From Octopus vulgaris (taxonomy: Eukaryota), in NCBI GenBank assembly GCA_951406725.2, contig OX597818.1:75764001-75828000 (forward strand): a DNA stretch of 64,000 bases, read 5' to 3'. The position numbers and the translations under genes were made by a program. Every line of letters begins with the position of its first letter. Positions within the stretch are counted from its first letter, which is position 1. The notes below the pieces were generated by a model, which was not told where the DNA came from, searched no databases, and saw nothing but the letters and a program-made list of their open reading frames with translations. Of the stretch, positions 24,463 through 37,040 are shown piece by piece.

Positions 24463-24617
24463 CATAAGAATTACCAACTTGCCTTAGAGAAGAAAGCGAA
24501 AAAGTATTTTGCAAGCAATCTCTGCCATACAGTCTTCAATGCTTGGGTGACTTATGCAAATGAACAAACTATTGCATCATGGGAACAAGAAGAAATTGCC
24601 CAAAAGTTTTATCTCAC
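24463..24617 (+). CDS. CCDC191: CCDC191-like exon
   Basis: TGCAG/GTAAGT boundaries; HKNYQLALEKKAKKYFASNLCHTVFNAWVTY... Confidence 0.85.
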
Positions 24618-25230
24618 GTAAGTTTATTAATTTCTTTATTCATCTCTTATCGTTTGGAATGAATAATGAGACAGAAACTGGTAAGAATTCATTTGTTACC
24701 ATGTAGAGGCACATGGCTCAGCGGTTAGGTTGTTGTGATCATGATTATGGGTTTGATTCCAGGACTGGGAAATGCATTTTGTTGTTGAGTGAAACTCTTC
24801 ATTTCATGTTGCTCCTGTCCACTCAGCTGGCAAAATTACGTAATCCTGTGATGGCTGCCCACCTGCCCAGGTAGGAAATATATACACCACAGAATCCAGA
24901 ACACCAGCTTTGTGAGCCTATGCATCAGGAAGGACCTTTGATCCTTTTGTTGCAATATCAGAGTACCAATCATATTATTAGATGTCTTACACCATTGGTC
25001 ACAATGCATTTTCTCACATTGTTTTACTTTTCAAATGATGCCACCCTACTGGTTAGGCAAGCAGGCTGACATTACGCTCAAATAGAATACCAGTCTTTTG
25101 TGGGGTTACCCGTTTACAGCTAAGTGAACTGAAGCAATGTGAAATAAAGTGGTTTGCTCAAGAACACAATGCACCACTGGTCTGGGAATTGAAACCACAT
25201 TTGCAAGATCATGATTGCAACACCCTAACC

Positions 25231-25549
25231 TAGTGATTCTCAACAATTTTTTGTCTGTGAACCCCTATGATTATTATTTTATTCTGGTGGACCCCCCCAT
25301 AGCCATTTGATGTTTAAAAACTAGTTTTATAGATACTCCTTCTGAAATTCCTATTTTGTTTTTCACACATTGTGTAGGTTGAACTATGTAAAATTATTAG
25401 AAAGAGAAACCTACCTGTTTCTTACAATAAATACATTTGAAGTAAACTTTTTCCATGGATCTTTAATATACTACTGTGGGTCCCCAATTTACTATTTTGT
25501 TTGCAAGGATCCCCAAAAATCTTATTTGGACCCTGTCTGAGAACCACTG
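25231..25549. mobile_element. hAT (Charlie-like) MITE inserted into a SINE
   Basis: TIRs TAGTGATTCTCA / TGAGAACCACTG and a perfect 8-bp TSD CCCTAACC (25223-25230, 25550-25557). Confidence 0.85.
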
Positions 25550-26652
25550 CCCTAACCACTATAGGCCAAGCATTTTTATGTAAATATGTGTGTGTGTGTG
25601 TGTGTGTGGAGAGAGAGAGAATGGGAGAGTAATGGATGAATGGATGTAGAGTCTTATCTTTATGGTTTAGTCAGACAGTCAAATGGTGACATGCCATAGA
25701 ACCTCCAAGTATGATGTTAGTGATACAATTCAGCTTCAACACCTGTGAGTTGCCAGTAGTGATATCTATATAACAGCCGATGTAGATAATAAATGGTTGT
25801 AAACTTGTGGTGAACCAATTTTGCAAATTTTAATTTGTGACTCTCTCTCTCTCTCTCTGTATATATATATATATATATGTATATATGATGCGCACTCTTA
25901 ACCTTTCTGTCCCCTCCCTTTCTCAGCCTTTATTCTTTGATTTCCTTTTCTTCCACTTAACTATCTCTCCCTCTCCCTCATTCTTCACTCTCTCTCTCTC
26001 TCTCTCCCTCTCTCTCATTCTTCATTCTTTCTGGTTTCCTCACAACCATTCCCCTTTCTTCTCTCCCTTTCTCTTACTCCTCCTCCTCCCTCCCGCCGTT
26101 AACCTGCGACGAGAGCCTTGCCACCTTCTTTCTCGCCTGACCTTCTTAAGGTGTGGACGGCAATTTTCTTTGCCCCCTTCGCCATCCACAGATATAGCAT
26201 TCGTAATACTTTTTTTCGTTCGGCTTAACAGCCCTTCTTGTCTTGTTATTTTCCTTGTCCTGTCTTTTACTGTTTATATTTTGTACTGTCGTTACTGTCC
26301 TGTTTTTGTTACCATTTTTACCCCTCTGCAAAAAGATCTCAAATTTTATTTGATTTGCTTTTCGCAGGAAGGAAAGTTTCTATCGAAGATATGTCTTGCC
26401 TTCACCTTCAAAACGTAGAGTAGATGAAACCATGGCGACTGAAGAAGGGGTTTTTTTCCTTGTGTTATTTGTCCTGTACTCTATTTTTTTGTTGTTTAAG
26501 AAAAATGTCCAGTTCCTTGGGTTTGTGTCTATGTTTTCGTTTCTCATTGTGTTCGATGTTTTTTTAGTGTCCTGTACTCATATATGCGTGTATATATACA
26601 TGTAAAGGTAGGTACGTACATATATGTATATATATATGCATATGTTTTATTT

Positions 26653-26711
<59 letters not shown>

Positions 26712-27047
26712 TTTTATTTATAATATATTTCCATAAATTTCATACTCAACCTATATAAAACCATACTAATATATTTCACTATTTATTCTATAATACAAGA
26801 AATATGCTCTAAAATTATTAGCATATAGAAAATATATAAATTTTTAACATATTCCTTTAATTTAACTTATTAGTACCAAAAATTACTACTTAATAATTAA
26901 CTATAAATATATGTTAAGTTAGTATAGAAATATATATATATGGAATTATTTCTATATTCTTCACCCCTCTATTGTGTAAAATACTGAAATTATTCTGAAA
27001 TTTTTTTGTGTGTGGGAAAAAAATTATCTAAAATGTACCTATGTATA

Positions 27048-28300
27048 TGAGGGACGTTCAATAAGTAATGCCCCTGACCCATTTGCAGTTGTTTGATCTA
27101 GCTGAAATTTTGCATGTGCAATTATTTATATCTCTATAGATTAAGTGGCAAATTACAGCTCTGAACTAATTGTGGTTCCTGATTTACAGGTGTTTGAACT
27201 GAGTCAGGTGTGAAATGGAGCCTGTTGAGTGTCGAGCAGTGATCTGGTTTTTGTATTTGAAAGGACGCACACCACAGGAGACTTTCGATGAAATGAAAGT
27301 AACTTACGGTGATGATGCCCCATCATATGACCTTGTAAAGCGCTGGCATCATGAATTCAAACATGGTCGGAACTCTGTGGCTCCCAGATCTGGTCGCCCC
27401 CCCCCCTTTCTGCCATTGATGAGGCATCTGTCTGTCAAGTTGAAGCTGCCATTTTGGAAGATCGACGCATAACTATTCGCCAAATAGCCCATGAGGTCAA
27501 GATTAGTACCGGGTCTGTGGAAACTATCATTCATGACCATTTGCATATGCAAAAGGTGTCTGCCAGATGGATTCCCAGGTTGCTCACACCTTTCCAGAAG
27601 CAAGAACGCGTTGAGTGCTCAAGGATGAATTTGGAGATGTGCCAAGATGAGTCAAAATTTTTCAAAAGACTGATTGCACAGGATGAAAGCTGGGTCCATC
27701 ACTATGATCCAGAGACCAAAGCTCAGTCAATGCAGTGGAAGCACCGTGACTCACCTCCTCCAAAGAAGGCAAGGGTGCAGCCCTCCACTGGCAAGGTCAT
27801 GCTCACAGTCTTCTGGGACCAGGACGGAGTAGTGATGACAGATTTCCTGGCAAAGGGTACCACAATTACAGGAGCCTATTATGCTTCACTTTTGAGGAAA
27901 TTAAGAGAAGCTATCAAAATCAAGAGGCGGAGCATCCTCCTCCTGCAGGACAACGCTCCGGTCCACAACTCGCTTGTCGCCAGATCAGAAGCACAGGCAT
28001 GTGGCTATGAACTCCTCCCCCATCTCCTGACCTTGCACCCTCTGATTTTCACCTCTTCCCAGCCATGAATTGTTTTTGAAAGGAAAGCGTTTCCCAGATG
28101 ATGCAGCCTTGATTTTTGAAGTCACGTCGTGGTTGGAGGACCAAGCTGGGGTCTTCTACAAAAACAGTCTCCAGAGCTGCATCAAATGATGGGAGAAATG
28201 TGTAACTCTGGGTGGTTCCTATGTAGAAAAGGATTAATAACTGCCAAGTTTTGTTGCTCTACTGCTATGGGAAGTGGGTCAGGGGCATTACTTATTGAAC
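27048..28300 (+). mobile_element. mariner transposon, near full length, frameshifted transposase (27215-~28238)
   Basis: TIR GTTCAATAAGTAATGCCCCTGACCCA at both ends. Motifs WIPRLL, QDESW, QDNAP and PSDFHLF. The right TIR lacks its outer ~8 nt. Confidence 0.9.
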
Positions 28301-28735
28301 AATAAGTTGTCAAATAGTTAAGGTTGTCAAATAGTTAAGTATTATAAGTTTTACTCTCCCTATCCCATCAGCTTTAGCCTGCAAATTTGGCTGAAATATA
28401 TTCTTATTGAACCAAGTGGTTTTTACTTCAAAGAAATCTTGATTTATGACTCTGTCACTTAAATTGTCTTTTTACCCTATCCATAAAAGATAGATTCTAG
28501 TTTCCATTAGACTTGATAAACTAGTCTAAACCCCCCCCCCCCCACATTAGTAAATCTGAATAACAGAATAAAATCAATGATAAGCAGTGTCTTCCTGTGA
28601 AAAAAATATCAGTTACAACTATGATGTTGCTGATGAAATATGTTCTTTGTCTATCCACTTATCCTCTCTGTGATTTTGGTTAATAGAAAAACTATACAAA
28701 TGAATCCTTTGAATTTAACTAAATTCTATATTTTT

Positions 28736-28825
28736 ATGCAGCTGAAGATTGCTCTACATTTTAAAATTGATGTAATATTTGCGTTGTTCAATTAAATGGA
28801 GTCGCATAAAACGATCGTATTGCAT
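28736..28825 (+). ncRNA. candidate type I hammerhead ribozyme (G12 mutated) with long stem II
   Basis: Stem I ATGCAG/TTGCAT, CTGAAGA 28742-28748, stem II ~59 nt, and AAAAC-GATC-GTA 28808-28819 with palindromic ACGATCGT. Confidence 0.55.
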
Positions 28826-28950
28826 CACCTCTGGATATCCTTGTTGCTTATTTTGATTGTAATCGCCCCATTTTGAATTATATGGATGATACCATACTAA
28901 ATTCTGGGGCCTTTAACTTAAGTACCATATTCAACTGAATCTAAATGTTA

Positions 28951-29001
<51 letters not shown>

Positions 29002-29748
29002 AATTTATTTATTTATGTATTCATGATGGTGCTTCCAGCATGGCTGCAGATAAATGACGGAAACAAATAAAAGAATATATATATAGGGTAATACATCAGA
29101 AGTCAAGTTTCTAGATCTAATCCCAGACTAGAAATGTAGAAATGGAATAAATAGTAAGGTTGAAGGGCTAGTAAGGAAACCTTTATGTGGCCACTTGACT
29201 TGTGACCTATGTATAAGGCAGCTAATTAATAGAATTGTTAGAATGTCAGATCAAATACTTTGTGGCTATTTGTATATTCATTTGTGTGTGTAGTTAAGAA
29301 GCTTGCTTCACAAGCCATTTATGTGCCAGTGGTAATGGTGCCAGTTATGTGACACCAGCATCGACCACGACTACAATTTTACTTGGCTTGATGAGTCTTC
29401 TGAAACACAGCATATCACCAAAGAGTAAAATAATAATTCCGGCTTACAGTAAGGGTCCTGGGTTCAGTTCCAACACATTCCTTGTACTCTGATATTGATT
29501 TTGCCTTTTATCTCTTAGGAAGCAATAAATAAATTATCAATCAAGAACACTGTATTGGCAGAACTGTCACTGGGCCAGGGGAGCTACTTTCTTGAATCTG
29601 TTGTGGCTCTGTGTTATAATGACAATATTGGTGCCAAGCTGAGTTGGCCCATGTCAGAGATGTTTCCCTGGGATAAATACTGACTGTGGAGATGCCAGCG
29701 CCACAGACACTAATACCTTTACAATTATTTCTTTGTATATTTTTACAG

Positions 29749-29902
29749 ACATCTACTTCAGAAAATGCTGAATTCTTGGAAACTTTTACCTGATATTCAA
29801 AGAAAGGAACAGGAGCGTCATCAAAGAAAAAATGAACTACGCCACAAAGTGGCAATGCTTCTGCCAGACTTCTATGCTAGTATTGACAGTCAAGTGGAAT
29901 AA
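29749..29902 (+). CDS. CCDC191: CCDC191-like terminal coding exon
   Basis: TTTTACAG acceptor. ..QERHQRKNELRHKVAMLLPDF.. matches the CCDC191 C-terminal RRQQLRRKVVEILPDF (recalled). Stop TAA at 29900-29902. Confidence 0.85.
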
Positions 29903-30081
29903 CATGGAGAACTTGTGTGTATGTGACGGGCAGATGTAAAAATATCATCATTTTCATTTAAAAAGGTAAAAAGGTTTTGTCATGTACATTTTCCCAGCCA
30001 CTGAAAATTTATGAAAGAAGTCCAGAAGTATAGAATAGTGGATCATAGTTATTTGCCTCTGATCAGAGCTTCTCAGGGGAC

Positions 30082-30222
30082 ATGATGATAATGATGATGA
30101 TAGTGATGCTGACAAAAACAATGGCAATTATGATGATGGTCATGACTGCAATGGCAATAGTGATGACAACAATGATAATGATGACGGTAGTGATACTGCA
30201 GCTGATGATAACAATGATGAGG
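30082..30222. repeat. imperfect (ATG)n trinucleotide tract in the presumed CCDC191 3' UTR
   Basis: ATG/ATA/ACA triplet run; it produces spurious Met- and His-rich ORFs. Confidence 0.8.
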
Positions 30223-31726
30223 ATACATGTACACGCATGTGTACACACATGCACAAAGCAATTCAGGAAAGCTGAGTTTGCTTCTTTGTTTTTTTTTGTA
30301 ATTTCATTTGAGATAAATAGACATTGGCTGTAAATTGGAATAAATCTGTTCCATTTCTTGTTTACCAAGTCTATAGAATCATACAGCACTGTTAAAATAT
30401 ACATACATATCTTTATGCAACCAAAAATAAAAAATCAACCAACAGAAATCATTGCGAAAATATCAACTGAAGAATTTTCATTCAATGGTGGTGCCCCAGC
30501 ATGACCACAGGTCACAGGCTGAAAGTGGTGAAAGAGTAAAATAATAATTCCAGCTTATAGTAAGGATGGAAAAAAAATATTTCCTGACATTCAAGAAATA
30601 TTTACTTTGTATGTTCTTAATTTTAATACTGAAATAAACGAAGCATTAATTTATTGAAACTCTTTTTAGTTCTTGATTTTCTTTTTCAAAGCCTTGTGAG
30701 TAGATTTGGAAGATGGAAACTTGAAGAAGCCTATTGTGTGTGTATACTCTTATCTAGACATCATGTGATGGGTGTAAATTTGTATCACCATCATACAAGC
30801 AAGGTAGTTTGTTTCCAGTCTTCCACGAGAAACATGTTTAGGTCTGGGAGAATATTGCCTTGTTTGAGAACAGGTGAGGGTTGGCATTAGGAAGGGATCT
30901 GGCCATAGGAAATATGCTTCAACAAAAGTGGAGATTTTATGATGATGATTAACCAAGCTACTACAGAGTTGAACTTTATGGGGACGGGTATGGTCAATTA
31001 CATTGAAAGGTACTATATTTTATGGACCCTAGAAAGATGAAAAGCAGAGTCAATCGTGGCAGGACATGGAAACTCCGAATATATCTAAATCTTGCAAGAA
31101 ATTGTCATCATTTAATATCCATCTTCCAAACGATGATAATGATGTCATCATTCTATCACTTCACTATTCTTTTTTATCTGCTTATCCCTGCTTACATGGG
31201 TTGGGTGAAATTTGTTGATGCAGATTTTCTATGGCTGGATAACCTTTTTGTTACCAGCCTCCACTTGTTTCTGAACAAGAGAAATATTTCCCCATGGCCT
31301 GACATGTTTCCATTGGAGATTAGAGACAAATATCACTGTCTTGATTTTATATGACAGTTTCAAACAAGTGTGTCCCAGTCATATAAGCGAGAAGACACAA
31401 ACAGACACTCACGCACATGTGTGTGTACCCGCATGTATGTATATACAAAAACACACATATATAAAAGTTATTGCAAAAAGTACTTGGTACAGTCACAATA
31501 TTTGAGTTAGGGTTAGATTTTCTTTGAAAGTTAACTGTTAAAAAATATTTTTTGAAAAATAGAATGATACAAACCTTTTGGAATGAAAAGGTTTAAAAAT
31601 ATTCTTATTAGTTAATTACTCAAAAGAAATCTTCCTTTAAGCATGCACACACATACACATATATCAGAGTTATAAGTATTTCTTTATTGTGTGGAGGTCA
31701 GCAATCTTGTTTATGATTTATTAACC

Positions 31727-32384
31727 TGTAAAGGGAACTGGTTGCTTCTTTACACTTTTGGGGTGCAACACAATTTCCTTTCTTTTTGTTTCTAGAAACT
31801 ACCAGTCAGGAACGAAACGCAAGTTTAAAAATATATATAATTCTTTATTTTCTTGGTTCAACAATGAAACACGATGGTATGCTGGTATCCACCTAGTTCA
31901 ATGCAGCAAGGCTGAATTCAAACGTTTGTAAGCTTTACAACAATTCAGCAGCAATAGAACAGGTTAAATCCTAAGCGTCTGGGACAGGAGAATAGGCTGA
32001 TCACAGGTTTCAAAATATACGTCCTTTCTCTTCTATCGCCGTGTCTCAAGTCCCCGATGCTATTAAGGAACGCTATGGAATTTATTCTTCAGTCTCTAGC
32101 GCATGTGCATGAGGGAACTTCCTTATGCCTTTCCAGAAGGTTCCAACCCCGCACACGCACACTGAAGAAGGACGTTCCACACACGCACACTGAAGAATGA
32201 CGTTGCGTGTGCGCACACTGGAACATGACGTCACTACAAAGGTGACGTTTCGCACACGCACACTGAAGAATGACGTTGCGTGTGCGCACACTGGAACATG
32301 ACGTCACTACAAAGGTGACGTTTCGCACACGCACACTGAAGAATGACGTTGCGTGTGCGCACACTGGAATATGACGTCACTACA
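31727..32384 (-). repeat. 3' LTR (658 bp; one more 73-bp U3 repeat than the 5' LTR)
   Basis: Matches 35957-36541 except for 4 transitions and one extra 73-bp unit. Confidence 0.95.
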
Positions 32385-32609
32385 AAGGCTCCCCCTCGAG
32401 TGCGGAAGCACGAAACAAAATTCCTTGTAGTGGCTACAGAATATAAGGTGGATACCAAATCACCAAAATGGCACACAATATGACAAATTAAAACCAAAAA
32501 AAGATCTATAATATAAACAAGCATGCAGCAAAGGAAAAGAAAAAATAATACTCAAATGAACAAAGTTCAATTAGTATCGTAACTGTCACTGGGAAGTCAA
32601 TTGAGAATG

Positions 32610-35467
32610 TTAAATATAAATCGTCTTTGAAAGTTTCTTCGGCCAGTGAACAGTTCTGCTTGACCTCGTAACATAAGGTTTGTTCGAGGCAGGCTGCGAC
32701 GACGAAGGTGGTGTTGCCGATGTTGGTGTTGATAAAGGTGTATGTGTAAATGGTGGTGTTGTCAAAGGTGCATGTGTGAATGGTGGTGTTGTCAAAGGTG
32801 CATGTGAAGGTTCAACGATGGTTGTGGCAGTGGGGTCATCAAAAGATGTGGACACCTCAAAATATGCCCTTTTTAGACGATCTACGGAGACGGTCTCCGA
32901 ACGACCGTTAATTTCAAGTTTGAATACCTTCGGCGTGCGGGAAATCACACGAAAAGGTCCTTTATAAGGAGAAACAAGAGGTCCTTTGACAGAATCATCA
33001 CGAACAAAAACATGCGTCCAAGAATCAAGATCTGATGGCACATTAGAAGGAGGATTTTGGTGTCGAGGGCCCATAGGAGGAAGGGCAGAGAAATATCTGT
33101 GTAGACGAGCAACATAAGACTCTAAATTAAGAGACTGTGACTTGTCTGGCACCAACATCGTACCAGGCAATGCCAGTGTGGTACCATACAAGAGCTCGGC
33201 AGAAGAAAAACCAAAGTCTGCTTTAATCGCAGTCCGACATCCAAGCAGGACGATAGGAAGAAATTCAGTCCACGACTGTGGATTCGGCGAGGCACGCAAC
33301 GCGGCCTTAAGTTGCCTGTGGAAACGCTCCACCATCCCATTAGAAGCGGGATGGTAACTAGTGGTGCGTATATGATGCATTCCTAGGATTCGTGATAACT
33401 CACGAAATAAAACCGCTTCGAATTGTCGACCACGATCTGTGGTTAAACTGGACGGTACACCATACCTAGAAATCCAATTAGACACGAAAGCTTTCGCAAC
33501 AGTTTCAGCAGAAATGTCTGCTATAGGAATAGCTTAAGGCCAACGTGAGAAACGATCAATACCGGTTAAAATATATGAGAACCCGCGACTCACAGGCCAT
33601 GGTCCAACCAAATCAAGGTGGACATGGCGTAAACGGGCCTCAGGAGAAGAAAACTGTCCAAGTGGAGCACGAACGTGTCTATGGACTTTAGCACTCTGGC
33701 ACCTCAAACAAGAGCGTGCCCAAGAGGTAATCGATCGTCGCATATTGGGCCAGAAGAACCGAGCAGTAATAAGCTTTACTGTGGCAGAGATACCCGGATG
33801 TGACAATGAATGAAGAGCATCAAAAACAGAACGTTGATGTTTCTCATGTACTAACGGTCTAGGAGAACCGGTGGATACGTCACAAAGAATAGAGCCTTCT
33901 GCTGAAGGGAGCGGTCGGTAGGCAAACTTACAATTGATAAACTTGGGCGAAGTTAAATCCAACTCCGCTAAAGGTGGTTGATCCTGCGAAATAGCAGTTA
34001 AGTCAATTTCTGCCGGAGAGGAAATGGAATTGACAGGGAGTCTAGAAAGAGCATCAGCTGGGACGTTCTCCTTCCCTGACACATGTCGAATGTCACTTGT
34101 AAACTGAGAAATATAGTCCAGGTGACGGAAAGCACGAGGAGAGAGTTTATCCGTTTTAGAAGATAGTGCAAAAGTAAGGGGCTTGTGATCAGTATAAATC
34201 ACAAACTCTCGTCCCTCGAGCTGGTGCTGAAAATGCCGAACTGACAGATAGATCGCTAGTAACTCTCGATCAAAAGTACTATATCTGCGTTCAGTATGCT
34301 TTAGCTGGCAAGAAAAGAAAGCCAAAGGTTTAGTTTCACCATCTACGGTGTGCTGCAAGACAGCGCCAACTGCAGAATCTGATGCGTCCACAGATAAAGT
34401 AAGTGGAGCATCAGAAGCCGGATGTGCTAAAACAGGAACTGAAGCTAGTTCCTTTTTAACTAACTCAAAGGCAGACAGTGCTTCAGCTGAAAGAGTAAGA
34501 CGGGCGTCCTTTTTAGAATTGCCCTTTAGTAACTGCGTTAAAGGAAACAACTTGTCCGCACACCGGTTTATGAAGCGTCGATAGAAATTAACTATACCCA
34601 AAAAATGGCGAAGTTGACGCAAAGAAGAAGGTGGTGCGATGCGCTGAATTGCATCGACTTTAGACGAGAGTGGTTTGATTCCACTCGAATCAATATAATG
34701 ACCGAGAAAATCAAGAGATGGTTGCCCAAAAACACACTTGTCTGGATTAATGCGAACACCATAGTCGCGAAGACGCTGAAAAAGCTGAGACAAGTGCTGG
34801 AGATGATTTTCATGCGCATCACTTGCGATGAGAATATCATCGACATACGCGAAAACAAAATCAAGTCCACGAACAACTTCATCTATAAAATGTTGGAACG
34901 TACTAGTGGCGTTCCGCAAACCAAAACTCATATATAAAAATTCAAAACAACCAAAGGAGTGGTAATAGCCGTTTTAGGAACATTGTCTGGGTTGACCGGT
35001 ATTTGATGATAAGCACGTATGAGGTCAACCTTAGAAAAAATGGTACAGCCATGGAGATTCGCTGAAAAGTCATTGAGATTCCTAATTGGATATCTGTCCG
35101 GAATCATCACAGAATTTAGACGCCGATAATCTCCCACCGGGCGAAAATCTGTATCCCCTTTTCGAACTAAATGAAGGGGTGATGTCCTATCTCCCAACTC
35201 CTCATCCGCCATCAATTCATTGAAGCGACTTTCCTCGCTTCTAGTATTTCTCTTCTCCACTTCTAATTTAACAGACGCATAAGTGGCGTCTGGAGAAGGA
35301 TCCGTAATAAGATCTCTGGCAGTAGTTGCAAGTTGAGGAGGCATACAACTATAAAGAATTTGCAACTGCTGCTCAGAAGAACCACTATGTGCACAAAAAT
35401 ATGCCTCTAGTTGTGCAAACCAAAGTGCGGCATCACCCGTGAAAATAGGTAATGATGCCAAAGACAT
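32610..35467 (-). pseudogene. gag-pol remnant: partial Gag fused to RT, RNase H and integrase
   Basis: Gag N-terminus WFAQLEAYF, RT DYRRLN and YVDDIL, RNase H VDASD and YTDHKP, integrase HHCC, HLDLVGP, TDRGRQF and GPF. Frameshift at ~34953 and nonsense TAA at 33534-33536. Confidence 0.9.
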
Positions 35468-35943
35468 GTTGTTCTTTTTTTAATTTTAACTAGATGATTC
35501 TGTCAAAGGAAAGGTAAATGACAACGAATCAAAGTTGAACAGACGCAAGAAGGAAAAAAGGAAAAACAAGACCAGCAATTGAACCAATAAATATTTTACA
35601 TGTACAATTTACCAAAAAAAAAGTCTTTTTTTTGTTTGTTTGTTTTTGTACTGTATGCACAGAGAATAAAAAATTCCTTTTTTTAAAAATTTTACCAACC
35701 TTCGTCGCGTCTAAAACAAATTTTTTTAATGTTATGTATTTTAAACTGTCTCTTCTTAAGTTTGACTGTCTGTTATGCTTGGTCACGGATCGCACTAACA
35801 GATTAAATCAAACTTTTTTCGTCGACGATGAAATTGCTGAAACTGCTTGAGACGACTGGAGACAAATTGTTGAAAGATATGACTGCGGCGGGTTGATTGG
35901 TTCAGACTAGGTAGATTCTAGATTTCAGTTAAATGTTCTATGT

Positions 35944-35955
35944 TCGGGGTCACCA
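35944..35955 (-). promoter_or_regulatory. primer binding site complementary to tRNA-Trp 3' end
   Basis: TGGTGACCCCGA is identical to the first 12 nt of the avian sarcoma/leukosis virus tRNA-Trp PBS. Confidence 0.8.
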
Positions 35956-35956
35956 C

Positions 35957-36541
35957 TGTAAAGGGAACTGGTTGCTTTTTTACACTTTTGGGGTGCAACA
36001 CAATTTCCTTTCTTTTTGTTTCTAGAAACTACCAGTCAGGAACGAAACGCAAGTTTAAAAATATATATAATTCTTTATTTTCTTGGTTCAACAATGAAAC
36101 ACGATGGTATACTGGTATCCACCTAGTTCAATGCAACAAGGCTGAATTCAAACGTTTGTAAGCTTTACAACAATTCAGCAGCAATAGAACAGGTTAAATC
36201 CTAAGCGTCTGGGACAGGAGAATAGGCTGATCACAGGTTTCAAAATATACGTCCTTTCTCTTCTATCGCCGTGTCTCAAGTCCCCGATGCTATTAAGGAA
36301 CGCTATGGAATTTATTCTTCAGTCTCTAGCGCATGTGCATGAGGGAACTTCCTTATGCCTTTCCAGAAGGTTCCAACTCCGCACACGCACACTGAAGAAG
36401 GACGTTCCACACACGCACACTGAAGAATGACGTTGCGTGTGCGCACACTGGAACATGACGTCACTACAAAGGTGACGTTTCGCACACGCACACTGAAGAA
36501 TGACGTTGCGTGTGCGCACACTGGAATATGACGTCACTACA
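35957..36541 (-). repeat. 5' LTR (585 bp)
   Basis: TG..CA termini, adjacent PBS, and TSD at 36542-36545. Confidence 0.95.
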
Positions 36542-37040
36542 AACCTTTCATTACTATTTTTCTAACATTGACTACAAAAATGTTACATCATAGATCTTGT
36601 GTAACTGTAAAAGATCAACTGAATGCCCTCTGGAAAATAACTGGCTTATTGAAAATGTAGTTTATAAATGTTCAATCACAATATTGGTGTGACTTCAAAC
36701 AGTTTTACAGTTAGATTACATAATCAGTTGAATAGCTTTAGGACAGAAAGTAAAGCCAACTTTATATCATTATCTAAAATGATTTGGGAGCTCAAACACT
36801 CAGGTACAGATATATTTGATATCTTGGCTGGTAATTAGGCACACCATATTATATAAGGGTGATGGCAGTAACTGGCTGGTGTTGTGCTGAAGCACTTGCA
36901 ATAAAGTGCACCAGTAAACTTGTAAATAAATTTGATGAGATAATCGTTAGGTGCCCACATTTTTTGAGGAAGATCTTTCTGTAAAACACTTAACTAAATT
37001 GTTTACCTATTTAATAAGTTAGCTTACGTAATTACCTATA

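Larger units (their letters stand above)
31727..36541 (-). mobile_element. Ty3/Gypsy LTR retrotransposon, internally deleted, recent insertion
   Basis: TGTA..TACA LTRs at 31727-32384 and 35957-36541, 4-bp TSD AACC, PBS TGGTGACCCCGA next to the 5' LTR, and PPT GAGGGGGAG next to the 3' LTR. Confidence 0.95.

Noticed and set aside
25837-26605. 193-aa hydrophobic ORF and neighbours
   Set aside because: Low-complexity pyrimidine-rich repeat between (TA)n runs with no domain or splice support. The nearby GAAACCATGG..CTGAAGA order did not give a convincing ribozyme fold.
30063-30404. Met-, His- and Ile-rich ORFs
   Set aside because: Artefacts of the (ATG)n tract in the 3' UTR region.
32160-32384. 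CTGAAGA and GAAACGTC in the LTR 73-bp repeats resembling a hammerhead
   Set aside because: The two core halves are on opposite strands; on + the stem is followed by CTACAAA, not GAAA.
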